From: an uncultured virus (IMG/VR IMGVR_UViG_3300042879_005846)
Lineage: Duplodnaviria > Heunggongvirae > Uroviricota > Caudoviricetes
DNA: 64,000 bases
Direction: 5' to 3' (one strand)
Virus record (IMG/VR): IMGVR_UViG_3300042879_005846
Below the pieces are notes generated by a model. The model did no database searches. It had not been told where the DNA came from and worked only from the letters and a program-made list of their open reading frames with translations. Below, in pieces: positions 31,801 to 42,584 of the stretch; positions within the stretch are counted from its first letter, which is position 1, and every line of letters starts with the position of its first letter. The position numbers and the translations under genes are program-made.

Positions 31801-33794
31801 AACTAACACCATCAGAAACTTATGTAAATAGTTACCATGAGACTAGATTAAGAATAACTGGTTCAATGTCTAGTCTTTGGAAAGTTGGGTTTGTTTATTC
31901 ATCTTCAGTTAGTAATATTAATCAATTGGTTAAAGGTGCAGTAAACACTTCTTTTACAGAAATAACTGCATATAAATCACGTGAAATAACAGGGGCTAGA
32001 GAAATATTTGATGGACCATACCCAATTGATGCAAATCTTAGACCTTGGTATACAAGAGCTTATATAACTGATGGCACATCTATTACATATAGCACAATAA
32101 CAAGAGAAGTAAACATACCTAAACTTATACCAAATGCAATATACAATGGTGATGGAACTACTACTGCAACTATAACTGTTAAGAGTATGCAACCTGGAAC
32201 CACCCCATTACCAGTTATAAATGGTGGTGGTGTAGCTATACATGAATCCCTTCAAGGAGGTACCCCAACAACTGGAGCTGTTGTGACAGAGTACCCGTCC
32301 ACTCCATTTACATTGAATGCTAGTAATCAGTTTGTGTCAACTATAGATATCAAAACACTGATAAGTAACAATGGGTATTATAGAGTTTATGGGTACGTAA
32401 CATATCAATCAGTTGATGGTCCAATTAAGGTTTATAGTTTGGCTTACCCATTACAAAAAATTAATGGATTCGCAGTTGTTAATACAACCACAGCGGTTTC
32501 AGCAATAACATCAAATAGTGCATCTTCAGGTGGTTCTTGGACTTGGAATGGTGGAACTAATATAACTGCATATGGAGTTTGTTGGGCAACTACACAAAAC
32601 CCAACTATTGCTAATTCTAGAACAAATATTGGAACTAGTACTTTAACTTCTCTAACATTCACAAGTAACTTAACTGGTCTTGTTGGCGGCACCACATATT
32701 ATGTAAGAGCTTATGTAACTAATTCTTCTGGTACAAGTTATGGTCCACAAGTTAGCTTCACAACTACTTCAGGAACTACTGTTACATTGAGTACCTTAGC
32801 TACACTTGGTGTAAATATTGGAGGTTCTTACATTCTTGGGTTATACTGTACAATAACTGGTGGAACAGGTATTACATCCCAAGGTATTGTTTATTCACAA
32901 ACCAGTACAAATGGTGATCCATTAATAGGAGGTATTGGGGTCACTAGAATTAATTTCACTGGCGTACCTGGAACTACACCATTTACAGTGGATATTCCTT
33001 CTGGATTGATACATAGTACTAATTATACTATTAAAAGTTTTGTCATAATTGGTGGTAGTACAATATATAGTTCACCCCGTATACAACCAACGAATAGTAT
33101 ACAATTAAGGATAACGACTAATACAACTGAACTTGGTCCTGCTGGTCAACCTTTTTATGATTATTATTCAGTGAGTACTCTTGAAGGCATTCTTCGTGTA
33201 CCTTTTGATGCTAAGTTTTTTAATGCATCAATAGGCAATGCTGATTATGGTTATGTTGCATTGAAAGGGACTGGAACATTACCAAATCTATCCAATGCTA
33301 CCCATATACAAAGTAGTGTTGGAGATCTTGGTCCAGGTGATTTTGATTTTTCAGGATTTGTTATGCAGTTTAACGGAATATCACCACCAAGTTTAACTCA
33401 GGGCGTTTGGTCAGTGCGTTTGTTTTACAGATTTCCACAAACCACAGGAATTCCAATTTACTCATCCCTTGTTCAAATTTACGTACCATTTTTTACAATG
33501 ACTTATCAAGCCTTCACCCCAAATAGTCAATCATATACATTTAATATAACAACTAAAAACCCTACAACAGAAATTACAATAGTGCAAAGGGGATTTGCTT
33601 GGAGTATAACCAACCAACCAACTATAACGAGTAATGCCAATAGAACTATGGTACCATTGTCTGGCACAATAGACCTTGTTACATATGTATTCACTAATCC
33701 ACCTGGTACTTATTATGTTGGATTTTGGGTGTTATTGAGCAATGGTCAAAGATGGTGGTATTTCACTGACCTAGTGACTATCCAACTTGTCTAA
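22803..33794 (+). CDS. Giant LamG (concanavalin-like) and FN3-repeat adhesin / tail protein
   Basis: 3663 aa; about five LamG-like domains (L(H/Y)xDAG...W/V.DLS...FxGxI...RAL) and many RGvvWST...YYVRAYAxN..GT.YG FN3-like repeats. Confidence 0.8.
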   Translation: MPIIVNNSPLKASDPDLILWLDEGSGQSNIWVDKSQYKNSATITQAIFDGGLITDGTSNNNQSARKYALGTLSVVPTTGNINYTISVTFESFGTQPETPGGYLQWGKGQCVFSIPPTTLLGPGMQISYFPFDSTIGTKGSVSFAVNNTQYFYSPNNSIDYKQKVTATVTYNRATTSLRFYINGLEVPVTAVNGISQNLYTPPGAWPNQYILGGWNVSGYVRPLNGKIYNVSMFKRTLAPQEVYDFYVNKPLSISTKKASSDIILYLSDRGTSTGWGDNSIYSNGAIILGNATFSGGLVTPGLATLDGAEGRFTTLPGENFTVSALVCMYGLGSTGISTIIGTSPNSLGAGVTRGRGFIFALSSDRQLWFLSDNGGGPQSAANLFSFGETFLATVVVTNPNGTQSVSFYKNGEFVSNHLNSLFQPVTMTYNDPTYRVGTWGFPSFTNQLNGKVSNLIVYNRPLSDSEVKDLYLRMPSAYKSSISTLNQAPHGGKLLHIDAGNPKSYYLTGTTVNDLSVYGRNGTFSSFGSSGLPTFGTLNGGYFSFKDGSFIGFNPTGLPTAGESTIIVWARVTQLNGSWQTIFIYGGSDALQSRSIMIDPGGGIGVFLDKFRGVQTSNNFVQLNEWVQIVQVNKSTNVSNPTLILYLNGRLISSAQFSRLTVATKARLGRNDIWLTQDNVNTYEFPFYGDVGELVFYDRALDPQEIYQDYKVKRSRYELPEVVRLPGDVIPTIPTVQTLTVNGITTTTALSGVLVNNDGYSFIFDSGIIWSTSSASLQPGANPTNLSTKTTDGSGLMTNLSPNTTYYVVAYAQNSLGIGYGQILSFTTTSIVIPIVQNVRGTSLTSTQIRATASVVSLGNDANISQRGFAYHTASFSEATGGIYPRVSESGSFGLATYSLDITQLSGNTNYWIRAFATNTAGTDYSNDILQIITPQIPTVTILLGGISTTFDSFTIPIVTTGTSRIRQGIVYKLTQDQPNVGNDLDASQSITDNGGNINTSHSVGSLASAQTWYVWGFVETSDGVYYFTNTYVEVTTQGSLSPPVVTIDIDSFLENPENTANINGSVVLTNGTVTEHGFVFGSTQLFASGNNVTIETYSSILSLSTPIFDGEIFQGIQTLDTVTYYVRSYATNEIGTGYSAPITITILGLSGIVLPQIFTRPAVQISAGVFQLFGDIVSMGQLNQVYFGYGLKNINDSTFIEKAVDSTELDPTVGTIYTLPQEKIKYSTTNWQDPLSDGTYQVYAYASAVGKPAIRTQGNTVTFTVGAAFATVTIDYPKDLIVDTSPIFSLKTTLLSSPTDVLGNGFEWSTSEFFSTSEVTTTLTTNNNVEFSATIPGPGNSDLLSDTIYYVRAFVDNVAGRAYSNEIAIYTPKTFIVENPFVNLNVGDVQYNAQFDSNPVPTFITDKGHIWAPNSQITLFDLNNDIGFERYTVTGGGNLDGWSGNLFTTPQPGSTYFILPFVRLINEFGKMYVYGAQKSVTYEEIGLQLYLDAGLALSYPGSGTNWIDLAPYNRNGTIQSTSAVTYNSAGLASNLAFDGTVQSSSLVVTEGYTGVSGNTDRTVSIWIKPESVQSAEVLGWGVEANLQMFDILIFNGQIGIHLFGTNLISPVPVTVGQWQNFTFVYDGQERAVFTFKNGQFGTKQSIVSSAGIDTSNINTLRIGNGIYRSGLTTGYGSFQGLISIVRIWNQVLNDVQINEEYASFYTRYLTTTVVTGNAASVNNNSFIVQNSTVTSTSQILQRGIQYSLFAGMDPSSPEYDTPTTGTFNITLTDLQSGTNYFFRAFAQTSNGEFFYGVIKQQQTTSTATPPTVTLGTTPTIGGTNVSFANSNVTSSGSSTVTARGVVWSTSPNPTVALSTKTTNGMGTGTYNSDCTPLTKGVLYYFRAYATNSAGTGYSNEVSYTTLIEPTLTTNAFTFSNFGQITTTDGTNWRMTASASGLITSNGGSTITNYGIIYSQTNNPTLTTPGVITEPGVSPISVFPFSFLLIMTNLSENTLYYYRAYSTNAVGTGYGSVISFTTLRRPTINSSTSITQLAGPVTLTSNVSSAVFGNIDLYGVAYVAGFKYGLSSGGTLTEVIADSSYTRAESLLAPPSNNFTANVTLNTVGGWLIRTFVRTSIQEFQSDLTITIQSAPVVELSSLGGGTPTSVDASGRLVTTGGFTITERGFVYSLTPTPTVANFKKSETFTGFVPGNFGGGLLNISPLITGNAYYIRAFVKTSTNVNYYSSDELIYETGGGLRLHFDAGNLSSYSGSGTTVNDLSGLGNHGTLTTLAPTWEPSNLGVFRFNGVLNKLINTTYKGVTGSTPRTLSFWFKPNTTADQEIMGWGTPGISGQLWDVLQVNGPGIHIWSSSNISRVTIQANVWQNVIFTYDSFNIRSYLNGSTTPSATTLTGLNTGSATNFKIGDGNYVYNPFNGDISVVKIWDKVLTPPQIQSEYNTIVSRYNLPGVSTGVTSSITTTSINIINNEVFYGGTSPVTARGVAYVKSVNPTNPTIANSTVQVGSGTGSYNASLTGLDAGSTYQIRAYATNTSGTTYGKRITVGTSLPFSVSNYVITNYFFTSSGSGTLTGQMKLSFVVTGGVGLVARTNFGGIENGTSTTITTSPQTITSQIGIDYADTPGTPENRRYDAIVVWNSVPYVMDSQVIECENFYLNTGSSYNSSTDAFVGSIGFENRSGRTITQMGIAWKNKTLSPTGNVLDNPEQYTTTVATSATNFSNGGNYNFSISASSFANTQQITFRPYLIVDGYKMYAFNGETTLTKTAAVVVPTVTYTAPSTLAATTANPGGNVTADGGATVTERGIVWSSTVNPPTIESGTKTQVGSGTGAFTSALTNLTPNTTYYVRAYAINSAGPAYHSTTATTFITVNIPVVNSGSIINPYSNQAQVSNVTITWTGTQPITQRGVVWSTSTNPTVALTTKTTDGTGTGTFTTTIQTLNQNTLYYIRAYVINSVGTYYGNEITFTTPAHPVVAGLSLSSVDYILATNGQLQYYNFSAGQLTPSETYVNSYHETRLRITGSMSSLWKVGFVYSSSVSNINQLVKGAVNTSFTEITAYKSREITGAREIFDGPYPIDANLRPWYTRAYITDGTSITYSTITREVNIPKLIPNAIYNGDGTTTATITVKSMQPGTTPLPVINGGGVAIHESLQGGTPTTGAVVTEYPSTPFTLNASNQFVSTIDIKTLISNNGYYRVYGYVTYQSVDGPIKVYSLAYPLQKINGFAVVNTTTAVSAITSNSASSGGSWTWNGGTNITAYGVCWATTQNPTIANSRTNIGTSTLTSLTFTSNLTGLVGGTTYYVRAYVTNSSGTSYGPQVSFTTTSGTTVTLSTLATLGVNIGGSYILGLYCTITGGTGITSQGIVYSQTSTNGDPLIGGIGVTRINFTGVPGTTPFTVDIPSGLIHSTNYTIKSFVIIGGSTIYSSPRIQPTNSIQLRITTNTTELGPAGQPFYDYYSVSTLEGILRVPFDAKFFNASIGNADYGYVALKGTGTLPNLSNATHIQSSVGDLGPGDFDFSGFVMQFNGISPPSLTQGVWSVRLFYRFPQTTGIPIYSSLVQIYVPFFTMTYQAFTPNSQSYTFNITTKNPTTEITIVQRGFAWSITNQPTITSNANRTMVPLSGTIDLVTYVFTNPPGTYYVGFWVLLSNGQRWWYFTDLVTIQLV

Positions 33795-33842
33795 TATTCC
33801 GCATAAAAAATAAACAAATAACTTTTTTTTAATATATAACTA

Positions 33843-34805
33843 ATGATTATGGAACACATACTACAAGAAAACAAAGATAGATTTGTAATGTTTCCCCTTA
33901 AATATCACGATATTTGGGAAATGTACAAAACCGCTGAACACTCCTTTTGGACAGCAGAAGAAATTGATTTAAGCCAAGACCAAACTGATTGGGATGAAAA
34001 ATTAAATGCGGATGAAAGACACTTTGTTAAGATGGTTTTGGCCTTCTTTGCAGCATCAGATGGAATTGTAAATGAAAATCTAGCTGAAAATTTCTTGAAA
34101 GAAGTACAATATCCAGAAGCAAAATCCTTTTATGGATTCCAAATCGCAATGGAAAATGTACATTCAGAAACATATTCACTTCTAATCGATACTTATATCA
34201 AGGATGAAAAAGAAAAAAATATGTTGTTCCACGCTATTGATAACTTCCCTTCTATTAAAGAAAAAGCAGATTGGGCACTAAAATGGATTTCTTCAGAATC
34301 TTTTGCTGAAAGACTTATTGCTTTTGCAGCAGTTGAAGGTATTTTCTTTTCAGGGTCTTTTTGTTCAATCTATTGGTTGAAGAAAAGAGGTTTGATGCCA
34401 GGTTTAGCTTTCTCAAATGAACTTATCTCAAGAGATGAAGGACTACATTGTAAGTTTGCAACACTAATCTATAATAAGTATATTAAAAATAAATTATCCG
34501 AAGATAGAATTAAGGAAATTATTTGTTCAGCAGTAGATATCGAAAAAGTATTCATTACAGAATCTCTACCAGTATCACTAATTGGAATGAATAAAGAACT
34601 TATGAAACAATATATTGAATTTGTTGCTGATTTTTGGTTGATGGAACTTGGTTGTTCAAAGGTATATAATACACAAAATCCATTTGATTTTATGGATATG
34701 ATTTCACTTCAAGGAAAAACTAACTTTTTTGAAAAGCGCACCGGAGAGTATCAGAAGCCATCAGACAGAAGTATTGATTTTGAAAATCAAGACATGGACT
34801 TCTAA
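33843..34805 (+). CDS. nrdB: Ribonucleotide reductase class Ia beta subunit
   Basis: [39 protein letters not shown] and KTNFFEKR. Confidence 0.97.
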   Translation: MIMEHILQENKDRFVMFPLKYHDIWEMYKTAEHSFWTAEEIDLSQDQTDWDEKLNADERHFVKMVLAFFAASDGIVNENLAENFLKEVQYPEAKSFYGFQIAMENVHSETYSLLIDTYIKDEKEKNMLFHAIDNFPSIKEKADWALKWISSESFAERLIAFAAVEGIFFSGSFCSIYWLKKRGLMPGLAFSNELISRDEGLHCKFATLIYNKYIKNKLSEDRIKEIICSAVDIEKVFITESLPVSLIGMNKELMKQYIEFVADFWLMELGCSKVYNTQNPFDFMDMISLQGKTNFFEKRTGEYQKPSDRSIDFENQDMDF

Positions 34806-34813
34806 AATTTCAT

Positions 34814-34838
34814 ACCCTTCTAACAGAAGGGTTTTTTT
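34814..34838 (+). terminator. Intrinsic terminator
   Basis: acccttc-taaca-gaagggt followed by a T-tract. Confidence 0.8.
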
Positions 34839-34880
34839 ATACACTCTTAGATTTAATATATAAAAGAAATATTAATATTT

Positions 34881-35639
34881 ATGAGTGCGTACTCAATAGA
34901 AGAATTTATAGACTTTATACAAACAGATGTTACTGTAGGTGGTGCACTTCCTAAAAACCTACCAGACCATTCAATAAGACAGTTTATTGAAACAAGGGCT
35001 TTACCTTGGTTCCACCAGAACTATCAGTACGCTGTTAGTAAAATGTTTTATTTCCTTGATAGAGCTGCTTTTAAAACTGAAACCTACACAGCTTATAAAT
35101 ATATTGAATTACCTTGTGAAATACAGTCCATTTCATGGATTTACAAAGTTCAGAATCAACAATTACTCCAACTAGGTCTTAACGCACCAAACTTATCAGT
35201 TAATCTTGGTGTTACTAATCAACCATATTTGAGTTCATATGTTACCACAATTGGTGAACTTGGTGTTTATAAAACTATCATAGACACTATGTCTGATATG
35301 TTAAACCAAATGAACCTTTACACTGTTAAATTTCATTTCAATCAGTTAACACATAGATTGAACATATTAACTGGCATTGAAACTGACTTAATAATTGAAG
35401 CTTATGTTAATATTCCACCAGAGAATTTATTTTCAGATGCTTATTTCACTAAATATGTCACTGGTTGGGCTAAAATGCAACAAGGTAGATTATTAGGTAC
35501 ATTTGATTGGAGTTTACCAGGTGGTGTGAAGTATAATTCAGCTGATATGGTAACTAATGGTAAAGAAGAAATGAAAGAAGTTGAGGAAGAAATTAAAGCA
35601 ATGAGCAACAGTTCATTTTTTTACATTATTAAAAGATAA
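34881..35639 (+). CDS. Neck protein, T4 gp13-like
   Basis: C-terminal KMQQGRLLGTF..SLPGGVKYN....GKEEMKEVEEEI matches the gp13-family pattern. Confidence 0.7.
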   Translation: MSAYSIEEFIDFIQTDVTVGGALPKNLPDHSIRQFIETRALPWFHQNYQYAVSKMFYFLDRAAFKTETYTAYKYIELPCEIQSISWIYKVQNQQLLQLGLNAPNLSVNLGVTNQPYLSSYVTTIGELGVYKTIIDTMSDMLNQMNLYTVKFHFNQLTHRLNILTGIETDLIIEAYVNIPPENLFSDAYFTKYVTGWAKMQQGRLLGTFDWSLPGGVKYNSADMVTNGKEEMKEVEEEIKAMSNSSFFYIIKR

Positions 35640-35647
35640 AATTTGAA

Positions 35648-36208
35648 ATGCCTGCCAGTTCAGAAAAACAAAGAAGATTTATTTGGGCCAAAAGGCGTGA
35701 GTATGGTAAAAAAAAATCCACTCCCAAAAAATGGAAGTGGATTTGGAAACCTGAGTGGGTTAAATTAAAAGAATCCTTTACCCATATACTAAAATTTAAA
35801 CAATTCAATGAATCTTATGGGACACTAACAAAAGATGATATGGAATTTATTGATGACTTATGTGTTAGCTTAACTGATGACTGGAATTTAGAGACTAAGG
35901 TTAATAGTCCAGTATATAGTGGTTCAGAACCACATGATGGTTTTTTAAATCTACAAATGTTTGATAGGTTTCACATCCAGTTCTCTATACAACTATATCA
36001 AAGATTTGATTGGGATATGAATGGTGAAGCATTTGAAACAGATTTAAGGAATCTTATCAATAAAATCAAGAGATTTGAATATGAAGTTCAGGAATTTGTT
36101 TGGAATTCTGAACTTCATGGTACAAGAACTTGGTCTTTTCAAATCTCACATACTGATAAAAGGTCTGAAGAACTACTCAAATCAAGAATTAAACCCACTG
36201 AACAGTAA
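35648..36208 (+). CDS. Hypothetical protein with basic N-terminus and internal ILKFKQFNES motif
   Basis: 186-aa ORF. Confidence 0.65.
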   Translation: MPASSEKQRRFIWAKRREYGKKKSTPKKWKWIWKPEWVKLKESFTHILKFKQFNESYGTLTKDDMEFIDDLCVSLTDDWNLETKVNSPVYSGSEPHDGFLNLQMFDRFHIQFSIQLYQRFDWDMNGEAFETDLRNLINKIKRFEYEVQEFVWNSELHGTRTWSFQISHTDKRSEELLKSRIKPTEQ

Positions 36209-37133
36209 TAAAAGCATCTAAATCTTTACCACCACCATAAGATATAGAACTTTGTAGACATTCCTCAATGTACTTTAAACCATCTAAGATAGACTCATTT
36301 TTAAATTCTACCAATGTTTTCCTACCTTCAATTCTATTTGACTTACCAGATTGGAAACTTGAAGCACTGCCCCAAAATTCTTTATACTTTTTACCATCAA
36401 CCTCTACAATGTGACCTGGTGAATCATTATAACCAGACAATAAACCACCAGTCATAACCATTGTAGCACCAAGTGCAAGTGATTTAGCAATATCACCCGG
36501 ATTCTTAATACCACCATCAGCAATAATAGGTACATTAGCAACGGTTGCACAATGATAAATAGTTGATGCTTGACAATTTCTTGAACCAAACCCAGTTGAT
36601 GGGTAGGTTGTACAAGCACTCCCTGGTCCAATACCTACTTTGATAGCATCAGCACCCCACTTTTCAAGTTCAAATACTGATTCAACAGTTGAAACATTAC
36701 CAGCGATGATAAATGTATTTGGCATATTTTCTTTTAGGAACTTAATCATTTGTTCCATTTTAATTGAATGACCATGTGCAATATCAATGGTTATAAAATC
36801 TACTTTCAGTTCTTGTTTTGTGATTTTATCAATTAGATCATAAGAATCTTTATTGACTCCAAGTGAAATTGATGTTACCAGATTATCTTTATTCATACCA
36901 TTTATGAATTCTAGGATCATTTGGTCTGTGAAAAACCTATGTAGTATATAGAAATAAGCATTTTCAGCTAACTTTTTGGATAAATCCATATCAAGTACAC
37001 ATTCCATGTTAGCAGGAACAATTGGAAGTTTGAATGTGTGGTTACCCAAAGTCACAGATGTATCACATTCTGACCTTGAATCTACAATGCACTTTTTAGG
37101 TATCAGATTGATATCATCAAAATCAAAACGCAT
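36189..37133 (-). CDS. guaC: GMP reductase (probable start ATG 37133)
   Basis: FDFDDINLIPKKCIVDSRSECDTSVTLG..FKLPIVPANM, ITIDIAHGHS, KVGIGPGSAC and ADGGI; no CBS domains. Confidence 0.92.
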   Translation of the reverse strand: MRFDFDDINLIPKKCIVDSRSECDTSVTLGNHTFKLPIVPANMECVLDMDLSKKLAENAYFYILHRFFTDQMILEFINGMNKDNLVTSISLGVNKDSYDLIDKITKQELKVDFITIDIAHGHSIKMEQMIKFLKENMPNTFIIAGNVSTVESVFELEKWGADAIKVGIGPGSACTTYPSTGFGSRNCQASTIYHCATVANVPIIADGGIKNPGDIAKSLALGATMVMTGGLLSGYNDSPGHIVEVDGKKYKEFWGSASSFQSGKSNRIEGRKTLVEFKNESILDGLKYIEECLQSSISYGGGKDLDAFITVQWV

Positions 37134-37134
37134 A

Positions 37135-37440
37135 TTAATAAAAGGAATATTTTTCGTGTTCAACAACACAATAATTATTTACAGGGAAGAGATTTATAGT
37201 TTCCCCATTTTCATCAACAACACACCTCATTGAACCATCAATGATTTCATCATTTGTTAATTTTGCTGTGATGTTGTTCAAGCCCTTAAATACAATGAAA
37301 AGTGGGTCATCCTGATTTATAGTCAAATGGGCTTTTTTTCCTACAAGTTTCCCCTTTGTACCATCTTCAAAATAAGATTTTTCAATTATTTCTTTGAGCT
37401 GTTCTTTTTCTTTGAACTCTATTTTTAGTTCGTATTTCAT
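37135..37440 (-). CDS. Hypothetical protein
   Basis: 101-aa ORF. Confidence 0.65.
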   Translation of the reverse strand: MKYELKIEFKEKEQLKEIIEKSYFEDGTKGKLVGKKAHLTINQDDPLFIVFKGLNNITAKLTNDEIIDGSMRCVVDENGETINLFPVNNYCVVEHEKYSFY

Positions 37441-37504
37441 TTTATAGTTTTTTAAATGTTAAACATAATTTCACCTGTCATGATATGTATTAAACTTGAT
37501 AAGT

Positions 37505-38539
37505 TTAGGCGATACCCCTAAGTTCAGAAAATAATTCCTTCTGACGCTGATTCAAGTTCTTTGGAATCCTAACATTTACTTTTACAACCAAGTTTCCAGC
37601 TGGGTCTGTGTATCCACTCCTTGAAATGAATGGAATTCCTTTGCCTGGAATTGTAAAAGTTTTACCACTTTCACACCCACCAAATACCTGAATTACTGAT
37701 TCACCATGTAAAGTCTCAATCTTTAAATTTGTACCAAGGACAGCATCTGAAATAGATATCCATTCTTCACAAATTAAAGTATTTCCCTCTCTTTTATATC
37801 TTGGATGTGTCATTTCATCTATTAAAACGTGTAAGTCACCAGGTATTCCATCCTTAACATGGTTTCCATATCCTGACATACTCAAACTCATACCTGATGC
37901 AACACCCCTTGGAATTTGGATATCAACAGTTTCATCCTTTGCTACAGTACCATTGCCACCACAAGTACCACATCTATTCATTATCCTATTTCCTTGACCA
38001 CCACAAGAATTACAAGGAACAGTTTGGGATATACTACCAAATGGTGTTTGTTGTGTCATTGTTCGAACACCAGCACCACCACAACCAGGGCAAGTTCTGA
38101 CATCAGTGCCCCCTTTTCCATTACAAGGTGAACAAACATGCTGTCTTTTATATTTCACTTTTTTAGTAGTCCCATGGAGGATTTCTTCTAAGTTAACTGC
38201 TAATTGTACTCTAAGGTCATTACCTTTTCTTTGTCTTTGGTTGGTAAAAGCTCCACCAAATGGATTTCCAAAAATATCCCCAAATTGTGAGAATATATCA
38301 TTCATATCAAACCCCCTACTGTTACCACCACCTCTATTTTTTGAGGAGCCAAACATATCGTACTCCCTTCTTTTTTGGTCATCAGAGAGTGTTTCATAAG
38401 CTTCTGCAGCTTCTTTAAATTTTACCTCATCACCACCTCTATCTGGGTGGTATTCTAATGCTTTTTTTCTATAAGCTTTTTTAATATCATCTTGTGAAGC
38501 GTCTTTACCAACACCTAATACATCATAAAAATCAGACAT
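37505..38539 (-). CDS. dnaJ: Chaperone DnaJ
   Basis: J domain with HPD, G/F region, four CxxCxGxG repeats and C-terminal domain. Confidence 0.97.
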   Translation of the reverse strand: MSDFYDVLGVGKDASQDDIKKAYRKKALEYHPDRGGDEVKFKEAAEAYETLSDDQKRREYDMFGSSKNRGGGNSRGFDMNDIFSQFGDIFGNPFGGAFTNQRQRKGNDLRVQLAVNLEEILHGTTKKVKYKRQHVCSPCNGKGGTDVRTCPGCGGAGVRTMTQQTPFGSISQTVPCNSCGGQGNRIMNRCGTCGGNGTVAKDETVDIQIPRGVASGMSLSMSGYGNHVKDGIPGDLHVLIDEMTHPRYKREGNTLICEEWISISDAVLGTNLKIETLHGESVIQVFGGCESGKTFTIPGKGIPFISRSGYTDPAGNLVVKVNVRIPKNLNQRQKELFSELRGIA

Positions 38540-38582
38540 AATAAGAATTTTACTTTTTTAAATATATAAAAAAATTACCAAT

Positions 38583-38942
38583 TTGTTCAAAATGGATTAT
38601 ATTATAACTAAACAAACTTTAAAAAATCAATGGAGAATTTATTTGGATGAAGCTAATGAAAATGAAACCATAGTTTATAAAGGACATAAACTTGGTATCG
38701 AACCAAAACATTTGATGGAATTTTTGGACTATAGATTGGAAAAATCTACAGGTAAATTGTTTTTTCTTAATTATCAGAAAATAAAAGAATCAGTTAATAC
38801 CAAAGATTTGGATATATGGATACTTGGAAATAGTGCTAATATGGACCAAATTATGGACCAGTCTTGGAACACTCTTCAAAATAAATTGAAAGAGAAAGAT
38901 AAGAATTTTAGAAAAATTGTTGTTACCAGAGTCAATATATAG
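38583..38942 (+). CDS. Hypothetical protein
   Basis: 119-aa ORF. Confidence 0.6.
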   Translation: MFKMDYIITKQTLKNQWRIYLDEANENETIVYKGHKLGIEPKHLMEFLDYRLEKSTGKLFFLNYQKIKESVNTKDLDIWILGNSANMDQIMDQSWNTLQNKLKEKDKNFRKIVVTRVNI

Positions 38943-38958
38943 AAAAAAAATTAAATTT

Positions 38959-39765
38959 ATGTTACTCAAAGTAGGTTCCTCAGGTGATGATGTAAAAAAA
39001 TTACAAGAAAAATTAGGTCTAAAACCAGATGGTGACTTTGGACCAATGACTGAAAAAAAGGTTAAAGAATGGCAGTCAGCAAATGGATTGACATCTGATG
39101 GTATTATTGGTGATGCAAGCTGGAATAAAATGTTTGCCCAACCAATAGTAATCACTGAAAGCACAAACTTCAAATTAGATAAATTAGTTGGACATTTACC
39201 AACTACAGTCATTCAACAAATTCCAGATACTGCAAAAAAATTCAACATAACAAACCCATTAAGATTAGCACATTTCTTAGCTCAGTGTGGACATGAAAGT
39301 GGAGGATTCAAAGCTGTATATGAAAACTTAAATTACTCAGCAGATGGTCTTAAAAAAATATTTGGTAAGTATTTTCCAAATGATACATCTATTCAATATG
39401 CTAAAAATCCAGAAAAAATAGCATCAAGAGTTTATGCAAACAGAATGGGAAATGGTGATGAAACTTCAAAAGAAGGATTTAAGTTCAGAGGTAGAGGGTT
39501 TATACAATTGACTGGTAAAAGTAATTATGAAGCTTTTAGTAAGTTCATAGGTGAAGACTGTATTGCTAATCCTGATTTAGTAGCTACTAAATACCCATTA
39601 GCCTCTGCAGCATTTTTCTTCAATTCAAATAAACTGTGGGCTATATGTGATAAGGGTGCTGATGATGCTACTGTAACTGCTGTTACAAAAAGAGTTAATG
39701 GCGGCACAATTGGATTAGCTGATAGAATAAAACACTTCAAAGAATTTTATTCCTTACTCAAATAA
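38959..39765 (+). CDS. Endolysin: PG-binding domain plus GH19 chitinase/lysozyme domain
   Basis: GSSGDDVKKLQ..L...DGDFGP.T...WQ..NGL..DGIIG; AHFLAQCGHESGGF, FRGRGFIQLTGK and TKRVNGG. Confidence 0.9.
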   Translation: MLLKVGSSGDDVKKLQEKLGLKPDGDFGPMTEKKVKEWQSANGLTSDGIIGDASWNKMFAQPIVITESTNFKLDKLVGHLPTTVIQQIPDTAKKFNITNPLRLAHFLAQCGHESGGFKAVYENLNYSADGLKKIFGKYFPNDTSIQYAKNPEKIASRVYANRMGNGDETSKEGFKFRGRGFIQLTGKSNYEAFSKFIGEDCIANPDLVATKYPLASAAFFFNSNKLWAICDKGADDATVTAVTKRVNGGTIGLADRIKHFKEFYSLLK

Positions 39766-39767
39766 AG

Positions 39768-41498
<1,731 letters not shown>

Positions 41499-41502
41499 AT
41501 TC

Positions 41503-41991
41503 TTAATAATTATTAAAATTTAAAAGTTTTTTTACATTATTTGTGTTATAAAATTCATAACTGACATTTTGAACTGATACTTTTAGTATATCTAATTTCT
41601 CAATCTTTTCTTTTAGGTCATCAACATAAATCACTAAATCTTTCAAAGCATTTGAGTAATTTATTGGTGGTGTCCAATAGTCTGGGAATTTATCCAAGAA
41701 CTTATCTATTGTGGTTTCCAATGATTTCTTTTTTATTATGAAATTATCTTTGTCTTTTATAGACCTTACTGATAAAAAATGGGTTAGGTAATCATTAAAT
41801 CTATGAATTAGATTATCAGTTTCCATAACTTTTAATAAACCAATCACAATAGCATCTCTTTCAGAGATTTCAAACTCTGCATTTTCTTTTAACATTCGAT
41901 CAGCTTCTTTTTCAGAACCAAGTATGTAGTATGTATAGCTGTCCCAAAGGCATCTTTTTACAATATCTTCAGCGCATAAAATTATTTTCAT
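41503..41991 (-). CDS. Hypothetical protein
   Basis: 162-aa ORF. Confidence 0.7.
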   Translation of the reverse strand: MKIILCAEDIVKRCLWDSYTYYILGSEKEADRMLKENAEFEISERDAIVIGLLKVMETDNLIHRFNDYLTHFLSVRSIKDKDNFIIKKKSLETTIDKFLDKFPDYWTPPINYSNALKDLVIYVDDLKEKIEKLDILKVSVQNVSYEFYNTNNVKKLLNFNNY

Positions 41992-42041
41992 TAAAAATTT
42001 ATTATTTTTGTGTAGTATTATAATAATTTAAGGCAAAAAGT

Positions 42042-42572
42042 TTATTTAACCTTCTTCTGCCTAAGTGTCATTTGCCACTTATCACCATCATATTTCAATA
42101 GTTCCTCTTGTTGAGTTATATCAATTAAGATTTCACAGAACTTTTCCATAACTGCTCTACCTCTTTCAGGCATACTTTTTTGTCTACCTTTCAATCTACA
42201 AACACATCTTACTTTATCACCATCTTCAATAAACTCTTTAGCCTTTCTTGCCTTGGTTTGTAAGTCATTTATTGCAATATCACAACTTAATTGAATTTCT
42301 TTCAATTCAACTTTTTGTTGCAGTTTTTGTTTAGCTTTTTGTGATTTTTCCAAATCATAAATGAATTTGTTATAATCCTCAATTTTAACAATTGGTGGAT
42401 TTTGATTCTCATTTATAAGGATTAAATCTTTACCTTCTGCTTGAGCAAGTTTTGATGCTTCAAATGATGACATAACTTTTGGTTCTCCATCCCCAACAAG
42501 TCTTACTTGTGGAAAACGAACTTCACCATTAAGTTTATGTTTTCTTTCTTTTTGGAGTTTCCTATTTAACAT
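42042..42572 (-). CDS. infC: Translation initiation factor IF-3
   Basis: NGEVRFPQVRLV, A...GKDLI....PPIVKIEDYNKFIY, LKEIQLS..IAINDL.TK and GDKVR...LKGRQ. Confidence 0.92.
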   Translation of the reverse strand: MLNRKLQKERKHKLNGEVRFPQVRLVGDGEPKVMSSFEASKLAQAEGKDLILINENQNPPIVKIEDYNKFIYDLEKSQKAKQKLQQKVELKEIQLSCDIAINDLQTKARKAKEFIEDGDKVRCVCRLKGRQKSMPERGRAVMEKFCEILIDITQQEELLKYDGDKWQMTLRQKKVK

Positions 42573-42584
42573 TAAAAAAATTGA

